From assembly GCA_946965045.2 (NCBI GenBank), contig OX337236.1:310001-374000 (forward strand): a stretch of 64,000 nt of DNA, given 5' to 3'. The notes below the pieces were generated by a model. The model was not told the origin of the DNA. It saw only the letters and a program-made list of their open reading frames with translations, and made no database searches. This document shows positions 41,751 through 50,912 of the stretch, piece by piece; within the stretch, counting starts at the first letter, position 1, and every line of letters begins with the position of its first letter. The DNA comes from Epithemia pelagica (Eukaryota; Protista; Bacillariophyta). The translations under genes and the position numbers were made by a program.

Positions 41751-42689
41751 TCACCCTTCCACTTCCATGGCGGTCGCCGCCACAACCGGTTCCTCGTCGG
41801 TGGAAGGCGGATGCGGGGTAAAGGATTCGTTCAAAATGGGTGTGACACCGGGTGGGACGACCAGTCGTCCGGAATGTTGAATGGCATTGCGCAGGGGTTC
41901 GACTGGATTGGCCAAGACAAATCCCCGTTTCATATCGACCGATCCATCCGTTCGCAGGACAATGATATCGCAATTGGACCCCGAGCCCAAATCGTTAAAG
42001 ACACCGGCCAAAATGGATCGTTTCACCACTTCCACCGCTTCGGCTTCTGTCATGCCGTCGCGCCAGGAGGATTCCAAGACGGACATGGCCGCCAATCCAC
42101 CACTACCACTACTCGTAAAGGGCAATTTTTCCGTCGATCCATGCGAATGAATTTCAAACAAGTGCGGTCCACTCACATCGACGCCACCCAGGACATAGGC
42201 GGCACCAATATGTCCTTGATACCGAAACAACAATTGTCGCAACATGGTCACGGCTGTAATGACGCGCGATTGCTTACTGTTCATATCCATACGCAAGAGT
42301 GCGAGGCGACTACTGACCAAATCGGCCGTCTTGTCGGCATCGGCGGCCGTACCGGCTCCGACACAATACACATTGGGGGCAATGTAATGAATTTTGCGAC
42401 AATTCTTTTCCGCCACTTCTTCTCCACCCGTTGCACGCGTATCGGCACCCAAGACCACACCACCATCAAAAATACAACCCGAAATCGTCGTCCCCGTCTT
42501 GGTGGCCTCGGGCAATTTGGGTGGAGCCGAAGAAGGAGAGGAAGCACTAATGGGAGACGGTGCTCCAGCCAGCATTTGTTGAATCATGGCATTGCGATGA
42601 ACATTGTCAAAGTTGAATCCTCCGCCAGAGCTGGAAGATGGCTGAAAGTCGTGATTCACTTGTTCCGACATGGTTGGATCCTTTGGCAA
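41751..42689 (-). CDS. PSMB7: 20S proteasome subunit beta-2 (PSMB7/PUP1-like)
   Basis: Propeptide, then KTG|TTISG..DGGVVLGADTRAT..KNCRKIHYIAPNVYCVGAGTAAD, and DLGSGSNCD. Confidence 0.9.
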   Translation of the reverse strand: MPKDPTMSEQVNHDFQPSSSSGGGFNFDNVHRNAMIQQMLAGAPSPISASSPSSAPPKLPEATKTGTTISGCIFDGGVVLGADTRATGGEEVAEKNCRKIHYIAPNVYCVGAGTAADADKTADLVSSRLALLRMDMNSKQSRVITAVTMLRQLLFRYQGHIGAAYVLGGVDVSGPHLFEIHSHGSTEKLPFTSSGSGGLAAMSVLESSWRDGMTEAEAVEVVKRSILAGVFNDLGSGSNCDIIVLRTDGSVDMKRGFVLANPVEPLRNAIQHSGRLVVPPGVTPILNESFTPHPPSTDEEPVVAATAMEVEG

Positions 42690-42875
42690 AGTGATGAGAT
42701 GCTGGAATCACCACTTGCTTGTTTTTGTTTGTTGTGTTGTGCAATGTTTTTCTTCGTCATGGATCTTTGGACATCGATCCAACTCTCAAGCGGTGATAAT
42801 GTCCAAAGCAATAAACCGATTTATGATGTGGCTATCAAAAGAAAGCTGAGCTTTGAGGATCGTTGGCTAGCAGCA

Positions 42876-42902
42876 TTAGCCACCCCCGCTGGGGGTGGCT
42901 AA
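42876..42902. repeat. Perfect 12-bp GC-rich hairpin with 3-nt loop
   Basis: ttagccaccccc-gct-gggggtggctaa. Its core acccccgctggggg (42882-42895) is inverted again at 43017-43030. Confidence 0.9.
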
Positions 42903-43135
42903 GAGGGTTTAATTTCGTGTAGCCACCCATCTCTTCTGGGTAACCCTACTAGAGTAGCTAGCTAGAATACATGATGTCATGCTTCTCTAGGAGTAGTAGA
43001 GCTCGTATTGTACTGCCCCCCAGCGGGGGTTTCTTTTTAGGGGCCATCCCGCGGCTGTCACGCTACGGAAAAGCGCGATTTCGTTGCTCATGCTCAACAA
43101 AAGTTCGCGTCGCGCTTTGACACATCTCCAGAGCG

Positions 43136-45679
43136 ATGACCAGGACAAGGGTGCTTCTCTTCTTCATGTTGTCGTTGTCGTCGCAAGGAGTCGCTGGATT
43201 CTCGGTGCGTCCACCGTACAACAAACGAAGAAGAATGGGGAGCAATGACGAGGAAATGAAGTTTCCTCCGGATCAATCATCATCTCCTCCAAAGCATGAA
43301 GCCAATGTTAGCAAACTACCAAAGGCTCCGAAGGATGAAGAAACCCTCAAAGACTACTACGATGAAAAACTGTGGAAAAAGGATAACCTTACGGATGATC
43401 AAGAGAGCGCCTTAAATTTTCTTCTTGGGTTGCGAATTAAGTTGTGCAGAAATAACAGTTCTCAGCGTCAGATAATTCAAGAAATGTTGAAGATTGACTT
43501 GTCTCACTTCTTGAAGACTGGCTTTGTCGTCAATCGTCAATCCGCCCCCTTTGACTCTTTCCGAATGGCTGCCTATGACTTTGGATTCAACCTGCGCCTT
43601 GCTCACGACGAGGACCTGAAACTCTTCTTGGAAGAATTGGAAAACGTGAGACAATGGCACAAGGATGACGAAATCCGTGATAAATATCTCTCGCCGACCT
43701 TGACAATTGTGCAATCGAGTGGAACGGGCAAATCAAGACTAATGATTGAGGCAAAGAAACAACTTGAGACGGAGAATATTGCATGCCGGACTATTTTATT
43801 GTCATTGAAGGACCGCGCCAACCTAGAAACAGGTAAATTTGATACCTCTTACAGCATTCCTGACTCCCTGCCAAAAAACAATGATTGGAAAGAAGCACGA
43901 AAAAAGTTTCGCGCAATGGTTTTCGATCAATGCGACGCGGCAATTTCAAAATCAAATCCCAATCCGAAACAGAAGGAAAATGATCCGGCCGAGGTTATTC
44001 TGTTCTTTGATGAAGCACAACACCTGGTAAAGCACGACGGCTACTTATTTCGTGCGCTGCGATGGATTCTTCGGGCGGACCCTGAATATTCTCTTGACGC
44101 AAAGAAGTATCGAATTGTTGCTGTATTGGCGGGTACAACCACGTCATTGACCAATTTGTTCCCCGAAGTTGAAGCTAAGTCGTCAGACACGAGAGTTCTT
44201 GACCCAAAGGGCGGATATTTCGAGAAGGGGGAAACACCATTTGACCCATTCTTCATGTTCCGAACGATGGGATGTCTTGCAAACTACCCCGGCCTTGAGA
44301 CTCCTCAAAGCAGTGACACAAGTGAATACGACAATATGATTCGATTTGGTCGTCCCTTGTTCGCAGCAATGCACAAGGAGAAGAAGTTGGGCGATGACAA
44401 GCTCTTTGAAATTGCCAACAAGATTATTCTGGGCGATATGACAATACCGCTGGAGTCGTGTCTCAGTGTACTGGGAACTCGCATCCAGATGGGACAGACA
44501 TCTGTTGCCATGGTGTCAAGCCTAGTCTCCAAAGGCTACGCTCACTTGACATCGTTTCAGCAGGCGCCAAGTAGATCTGACGTACCGTCCAAGGCAACAT
44601 TTGCGTTCTTGCCAGACCCTGTTTGCGCCCGAATCTGTATGGCACTCATGGACGAGGACTTTTCGATCCAAGGTGGAGGGAATAGCGCACGTATGCTTGG
44701 CATCACAGGGCGTAAAAAGACCTTTTGGTCCGCTAAGATGGGCGAGCTTTTTTCAAACAGTATATGTGAGGCCAACAAGGGGGACTACGGCGAAGTGGCA
44801 TCGGCTTTGTTCTTGTTGTTTTGCGGAGACATTCTTCGCAAGGAGGCAGACTCTAAGTACAAGACGTTTTCAGTTGCCCTGGGTAAATATCTTGAACAGA
44901 TTGCAAGAAATGCGAATGCTACTGAGGATAATGGCCTGGCAGGCGATGCGATATCAAATTGTCAAGTGAATTTCATTCAGTTGTTTCGATATACATTCCG
45001 CGTTGCTCTGTCCGATCTTGGGCGGTCGGAATTTCTTGAGGGTTTGTACAACAAGGCTTGCGCAATATACTGTCCAAACAACCTGGAAGCAGTAGATTTG
45101 GTGCTTCCCTGCCGATCAAAGGAATCGTCCGAAAGGGTTGAGTATATACCCATCTTTGTGAGTGTCAAGAACCACGCTGAGGTGTGTCCCAAGGAGGCGA
45201 ACGGCTTCCTGTCGAAATCATTGAAGAATCTTCACTCAGCCGGTATCACAAAAGGTTTGTTGCTGCTGTGCCTCGTTGGACAAGATCGGGAGGATGTGGG
45301 ACGGTCAAGCTATAAGAATGTTCTTGGCAAGCTTGGAACCGATAACTTGCCCGCATTGGAGTTGGACAATGCCCTGAAGAAAGCCGTCTCTAGCAACCTT
45401 GACGATTTGAAAGAAAAGCTGGTTCCCAAGATGTTTTGCATTCATAAAGACGAATTTGGTATCTATGCGGCTGTCATGGCTTCCAAGTCACAGAAAGCGC
45501 TACAAAGAGCCGATGTGTTTACAATGCACCATGAGCTATTGCATCAGCAACAACAAGAAGAGAACGATGACGGCCCGTTGCCGTCCTTTGTATCCACGTA
45601 TAGGAAAGATGCAAAGGACTTGTATGAGAAAACGTCCGGTTGCGTGAGAAAGTACCCTCCAACGGACTCACAGTTGTGA
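43136..45679 (+). CDS. Crinkler-type P-loop NTPase plus putative C-terminal REase-fold domain, with N-terminal signal peptide, 847 aa
   Basis: Walker A: LTIVQSSGTGKSRLM. Walker B: ILFFDEAQHL. C-terminal AIYCPNNLEAVDLVLPC...IFVSVKNH is a PD-(D/E)xK-like D...xxK motif. The N-terminus is hydrophobic, ending VAGF. Confidence 0.7.
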   Translation: MTRTRVLLFFMLSLSSQGVAGFSVRPPYNKRRRMGSNDEEMKFPPDQSSSPPKHEANVSKLPKAPKDEETLKDYYDEKLWKKDNLTDDQESALNFLLGLRIKLCRNNSSQRQIIQEMLKIDLSHFLKTGFVVNRQSAPFDSFRMAAYDFGFNLRLAHDEDLKLFLEELENVRQWHKDDEIRDKYLSPTLTIVQSSGTGKSRLMIEAKKQLETENIACRTILLSLKDRANLETGKFDTSYSIPDSLPKNNDWKEARKKFRAMVFDQCDAAISKSNPNPKQKENDPAEVILFFDEAQHLVKHDGYLFRALRWILRADPEYSLDAKKYRIVAVLAGTTTSLTNLFPEVEAKSSDTRVLDPKGGYFEKGETPFDPFFMFRTMGCLANYPGLETPQSSDTSEYDNMIRFGRPLFAAMHKEKKLGDDKLFEIANKIILGDMTIPLESCLSVLGTRIQMGQTSVAMVSSLVSKGYAHLTSFQQAPSRSDVPSKATFAFLPDPVCARICMALMDEDFSIQGGGNSARMLGITGRKKTFWSAKMGELFSNSICEANKGDYGEVASALFLLFCGDILRKEADSKYKTFSVALGKYLEQIARNANATEDNGLAGDAISNCQVNFIQLFRYTFRVALSDLGRSEFLEGLYNKACAIYCPNNLEAVDLVLPCRSKESSERVEYIPIFVSVKNHAEVCPKEANGFLSKSLKNLHSAGITKGLLLLCLVGQDREDVGRSSYKNVLGKLGTDNLPALELDNALKKAVSSNLDDLKEKLVPKMFCIHKDEFGIYAAVMASKSQKALQRADVFTMHHELLHQQQQEENDDGPLPSFVSTYRKDAKDLYEKTSGCVRKYPPTDSQL

Positions 45680-46364
45680 AGGAATCCAAGCTTAGAGAAG
45701 TCGATAATGCTAATGGATGAAACAAAAGACTAAAAGTAGAGCACTATCGCTAAGATGTTGTCTTTACTTTTCTTGATGTGACAATTAGCGAGTTTTGAGT
45801 TCGAGCAGTATCTCGCATGGGAGGTGACGTACTGGTGTCACTTGAAGAATTGACGAGGCGCGCATCCCGCAGTTGCACTTGGTGAGGCCGCCCCGCAACT
45901 GATTCTGGAATTGAAGTGTAGCGGTTGTGTGTGGCTGAGACCTGCAAGAGCATCCCCAAACAAGATCGCTTCTCTGGCCAGAACGACTACAACAACTTGC
46001 GTATATATGCCAAAGAGCCATTCGAATACACTAGGATTAGGAGGTTTCCTTCTTTGAAAACGGCGGAGTGGAAACAGAGAATCATTGTTGGCTCACGACT
46101 TGTGTGTGTGGACGAGCGATGGATGCAACACTGCCTCCATGTCCTCGTGGAGTGGCTGCTGTGCCATGAATGACTCTCGTTGCAACTCGTTGTAACCTCT
46201 TTTCCCCCCTGCTGCGACTCTAATATAGTAGCTGCAGTGTGGACCGTTTTGCAAATACCAATCCATTTGGAACGGTGATGGATTATACCGGACCCGACAG
46301 CAGCCAAGATATTGGAGGCTTATCGGAGATGACGGAGCCTCGATTCGACTCTCACGGTGCCCAA

Positions 46365-48989
46365 TTACTGGTACGACCAGGGATCGCAGGTGAACAGGTC
46401 TGGTACGTGCAAGGGGAAGCGGCCAATGGACCGAGCTTCCAACACACGTTGATAAACCATTTCATCGGCAATCATGGAGGATGACGGTCCAATCCAGGCC
46501 GTTCGTGCTTGACTGGCCCATGCCCATGCCTTCCAATCCCAGGAAGAAGAATCAATTGTTGTTTCGGCTGCTGCTGCTTCTTGGTGTACGACGGCGCTCT
46601 CATCTGGCAATGATACAACAAAGGGATGAATGGAACATCCCACAAAGTGGACCGATTGGTTCGAGTCGTCTGATTGTACGTCCCTCCGTTTTGTGATTTC
46701 ATTCAGGTGCAGTTCCACTTGACGGCTCCAGTATTGGACCGTTTCCGGACTGTCGGCCAACAAGTACACACGACACATGGCGGGAGGTGTGGACGCCATG
46801 GCCTGGGACAGGCACTCTAGTACCGTTGTGGTGCTGGGACTGGCAGCATTGTCGTGGTTCGTGTGGACCGTGCTGCCACGGTTGTTGTGGTTGTGGTTCT
46901 CGTCGGAACACCGGGACATGGTTCCTCGTGTATCGACGGCCAGAGATACGGTCGGTGCTCGGAGCAACAATTGTTGCGGGGTCGTGCGACCCTTGGAATG
47001 CTCTTGCATGGGTGTGGGAAACAACTCCCGCAAAATCATGCCATGAATGAATCGAGGACCAAATTCAAACAGGGGTTGCAAGGCCGTGTTGTTGGCAATT
47101 CGTTCCACGGGTAAAACCGGTGGAAACTCGAGTACCCGTGACGTTTCATTATTAGTGAGACGATTCCATGGATGGACCAAGTCGGGGACCTTGGAAGACC
47201 ATTCCTCCCATTGAGGGAGCCACGAGGGCAACTGGGACAAACAGGTCGTTTCGTCCTTGATTCTTGTCGATAGGGCTCGAATCAAAAGGGTTCGATTGGT
47301 CAAAAACGACCAGACCATGCGAGTGACAAAGGCACGTACGGCTTGATCCTGGCCCAAACCCGGACACGTTACATTGGCCACGGCAAAGAGACGACCCGAT
47401 TGCAACCATTCGTGAGATTCGGCATGTTCTTGTTCCAGTGCCTCTTGATCATGGCGTTCCCGGTACAAGCGCCATAGTTTCATGGGGTACAGTTCGGGTA
47501 AGCTTTCTTGTACTTGCACAAAGGTCGAAGATCCCGGACCGTAATTGTACCCAAATGGCGATCGATACGGCAACGAACAAATGGTCAATGGATCGGGTGG
47601 CCCAAACTCATCCAACGACGACGACTGCTGCTGTTGTGCAGAGTGTTCCATGGTACGATCGTACGTGATGAGTTCGTGCAAGAGTTTGAAGGAACTTCGT
47701 TCGTATTCTCCAATCAATGCCGTCCGCGCCTGGATCGCCATGGCCAAATCCTGAAAAAAACCACGGCCGGCATGGGGACCGTGTTCCATCGCTCGTGTCG
47801 TGTTGGTTGTATGGGCCAGAGCCTCGTCACGTTGGGGTTGGTTGGTTCGATGGAACCGACACGAGGGATATTCCACCTGCATCCACTCTTGTAGTTGGTC
47901 CAGGGTGGCGTCTCGGTCCGAGAGAGCAAACACATGACACGGTATGTTCTTGACTCCACCGCGACTGTTGTTTCCTATTGTGGACTCTTGTTTAGGTAAA
48001 AGACGAGACAGACAATTCATTTCCTCTTGAACATTGGATCCATCATCTGCCTTGGCCACGTGTCGACTGTGCAGCGCAATGGTAATGGCCTGCGGTTGCG
48101 TATTGGGAAACGGATGAGTGTGGTTGTAGACGCTCGTGTCCCTGTCATTTGATTGTTGTTGTTGTTGTTGTTGTTGTTCGGGTACCAAGACGAAGAATTG
48201 ACGAAACAACAGGCCATACCAAAACTCGATTCCCAGGGATATGAGACCTTGCACTCGGTCTTGTTCTGGTTCGGATCGGTCTCGCAAGTAGGCTTGGTAT
48301 TCGGGTTGAAAGGGATGTTGCGACCACGAGACGCGGGAAATGTCGGTATCCTGGAAATGGACATCGGGAATTTGTGGAAAGAGGGCCAATGTATGAACCT
48401 CATCAAACCAACGTCGTGCCACGTCAATTTCAATGGGAATGGCTGTCGACGAAGGGAGCCGGTCCTTCCAATCCTCCCAAGTCGGGATCCATGGTTGGCG
48501 ACGCAAGACAGTTTCGCATTCCGGAAGCGTGTTGTGATTCGAGTTGTCGTCCAGCCATTGGAGGAGAATGGTTCGATTGGTGATAATGGCCCATGTCACG
48601 GTGTTGAAAAGATTGTGCAAGGCATTTCCCGATCGATCCGGACACCAATACGGAGCCAAGGCATATTTTCGAGAGGGATCAAGGCGACCCAAGGACTGTA
48701 CTTCGTGTTGGAGAACCTGAGCACTGTGTTTTGCTTGGTACTGAGAAAAGAGATGGACGGGAAGTGGAACCTGTGGAACGTTTTCGTGTCGAAACTCGGA
48801 CGATTCGATGGCCCCATCCAGTCGTCTGGCATTTGTTGTGCTCCCGTCAAATGTAAAATAATCCAGCATGTCCATGGCGGGCAAAGGATTCGACCAAAGG
48901 CCAACCAACGTAGAGGCTACCACAAGGGCCAACACTGGCCTCATGGATGGCATTTTGGTTTTGCGCATGGGTCCAGGACGTTGCTGCAA
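46365..48989 (-). CDS. Type II membrane glycosyltransferase-like protein (fucosyltransferase-like, two tandem units), 874 aa
   Basis: N-terminal TM. Unit 1: CPDRSGNALHNL..WAIITNRTILLQW..IALHSR..FALSDR..DLAMA..LIG..SSF. Unit 2 repeats the pattern in degenerate form: WSFLTNRTLLIR..LAVDTR..YLLADS..AWIGPSSS. Confidence 0.55.
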   Translation of the reverse strand: MQQRPGPMRKTKMPSMRPVLALVVASTLVGLWSNPLPAMDMLDYFTFDGSTTNARRLDGAIESSEFRHENVPQVPLPVHLFSQYQAKHSAQVLQHEVQSLGRLDPSRKYALAPYWCPDRSGNALHNLFNTVTWAIITNRTILLQWLDDNSNHNTLPECETVLRRQPWIPTWEDWKDRLPSSTAIPIEIDVARRWFDEVHTLALFPQIPDVHFQDTDISRVSWSQHPFQPEYQAYLRDRSEPEQDRVQGLISLGIEFWYGLLFRQFFVLVPEQQQQQQQQSNDRDTSVYNHTHPFPNTQPQAITIALHSRHVAKADDGSNVQEEMNCLSRLLPKQESTIGNNSRGGVKNIPCHVFALSDRDATLDQLQEWMQVEYPSCRFHRTNQPQRDEALAHTTNTTRAMEHGPHAGRGFFQDLAMAIQARTALIGEYERSSFKLLHELITYDRTMEHSAQQQQSSSLDEFGPPDPLTICSLPYRSPFGYNYGPGSSTFVQVQESLPELYPMKLWRLYRERHDQEALEQEHAESHEWLQSGRLFAVANVTCPGLGQDQAVRAFVTRMVWSFLTNRTLLIRALSTRIKDETTCLSQLPSWLPQWEEWSSKVPDLVHPWNRLTNNETSRVLEFPPVLPVERIANNTALQPLFEFGPRFIHGMILRELFPTPMQEHSKGRTTPQQLLLRAPTVSLAVDTRGTMSRCSDENHNHNNRGSTVHTNHDNAASPSTTTVLECLSQAMASTPPAMCRVYLLADSPETVQYWSRQVELHLNEITKRRDVQSDDSNQSVHFVGCSIHPFVVSLPDESAVVHQEAAAAETTIDSSSWDWKAWAWASQARTAWIGPSSSMIADEMVYQRVLEARSIGRFPLHVPDLFTCDPWSYQ

Positions 48990-49419
48990 AGTCGTTCAAG
49001 GCTCGTGGAATGCCTTTCCAACACGGCATTCACAGGGATCACAAACAGAAATAAAGAGACAGACGTATTCGTTATTCGTCAATCCTCCTAATCTGGGTCC
49101 CTCGTTTGCGTTCGGCGGCTCTGGAAAATATGGCAATCTATTGTGGACTCGACGTGCGATTTTCATGGTTACTTAGAGAGATCAAGAGTCACGTTTGCGC
49201 GGAGTTGCGCGCAGGCAAGCATAGGGCATACCTCTTTTTATCAGCGACCAATCTGCTGTCATTTTTTCTCCGACAAAGGGAACAAAAGATCCATGAAGAT
49301 CTTTCGTTGGAGCATTCGAGAAAAGTGCTCGTCTCCACTCTCCAAGCACTCCGTAAAGGATCCATAAATAATTCAAGACAAGAGATCCATCCAGAACGAG
49401 AGAACAGTACCATCCCAGA

Positions 49420-50483
49420 ATGGCTCCGGTCGATACAAAGCATGGAAAGGTCCTGACTGTGGCCCAAGCCTTGGAGGAACCCCGAAAGCATCGTGACATG
49501 GCCATGGCCGTCCAGCCCATGCCCAATTTTCAGTCCACCCCCGGAGCTCCCAATGGCGTGCCCTTGACATTTCGAGCCGCTTGGGAATTGACGAGTCGAC
49601 CGCGTCGCATTGCCTTGTTGATGGACGATTGTGAAGAAGAATATCGTCCCTACGCCGAACATCTTCAGATTCTGGACAATTTGGTCCGTCTCTGCGACAC
49701 CTTTCGGGCCAAACAGGCCGAAGTTGGATCCTCGTCGTCGGGTGGTGTGTGTTTGGCCTGGAGTGTGTGGAGTCGAACCTTTGACGATGGCATTTCCAAC
49801 AGTATGGACCGCTGGTATGGACCCCATGGGTTGCGACCGGAACAACCCGAAAATGCCTTGTACATCATGGGTGGAAACGCGGGTATGGAAATCTTTTCCG
49901 AGATTGCTCCCACGGAACAAGAACGTGCCAATGGCTGGTTCTTTCAAAAATGTCATTTGGACATGTTTTGGAACGTAAGTGTCTTTTTGTGTGTGTTTGT
50001 CGTGGTAGTGTGTGTTACTGTGGCAAATTCTAAGTGCAAACGACCGTACTGACTCTTTTTGTTTTGGAATGATAGTTTGACGAAAATGGCAAGTCTTACT
50101 TGGACAAGAAGCTCAAGGTAAGTCAAAAAATCTCTTGTCTACACGTGCCAAATCCATTGGAAAAGAGTGTGCTTCCTCACGGTAGCATGTTCCATCAGGC
50201 GCAAGGCATTGACACGGTCGTCTTGACGGGTCTTTGGACGGATGAATGCGTACTGGCCACGGCCTATGCCTCCTTTTCGCGGGGATACGATGTCATTGTC
50301 GTTTCCGATGCCACGGCCACGGCGACGGCCCATCAAACCGTGGCCTTGAATGTGATTAATGGCGTGTGTTGCAAGGTCTTGACCACCGACCAAGTGGTTT
50401 CGTACATGCAGGAATCCTTTGAACTGGGGGCCGTCGGACAAGTCAAGGGAACCAAACACCCCGATGGACGTCTCGATGATTGA
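49420..50483 (+). CDS. Isochorismatase-family cysteine hydrolase; three exons (49420-49974, 50076-50117, 50199-50483)
   Basis: IALLMDDCEEEY, FQKCHLDMF, GIDTVVLTGLWTDECVLATAYASFSRGYDVIVVSDAT. Two GTAAGT..AG introns preserve the frame. Confidence 0.88.
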
Positions 50484-50667
50484 AAAATGGGTATAGAGAA
50501 GTAGACCAAAACCTAAAAGAGACACGAGTATTATAGGTATAAGTGTGAAGTCCACAGGGCGGAACCAAACACCCCGATGGACGTTTTCATGATTGAAATA
50601 TGGAATAGAGTAGACCAAAAGCTATGAGACACGAGTATTATAGGTATAAGTGTGAAGTCCACAGGGC
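50448..50667 (+). repeat. Tandem duplication (about 110 bp) of the last codons, stop and 3' UTR of the isochorismatase gene
   Basis: ggaaccaaacaccccgatggacgt..atgattgaaa..gagacacgagtattataggtataagtgtgaagtccacagggc occurs at 50448-50560 and 50561-50667. Confidence 0.92.
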
Positions 50668-50912
50668 CCTGTCGAAAAAGTTTAGATACCACTCTTGAAA
50701 CGTCATAATGCACGGTCGGGTGGATGCACCATGGCACGCGTTCAAGGGTCTACTATTTTGCAAGTCATTCACGTCATTGGACGTGCTTGGACACATCCAC
50801 CTGTAAAAGTGTTGCGATGCTACACGAAAGACTCCACCACTGGAGATAGCCCGATGGGAATAACAGCCTTGTTTTTCAACGTGTCAGTCCGCAGTGGTCC
50901 AAGACATTAGTT

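Noticed and set aside
41694-42902. 402-aa plus-strand ORF
   Set aside because: Antisense shadow of the proteasome beta2 gene with no recognisable motifs.
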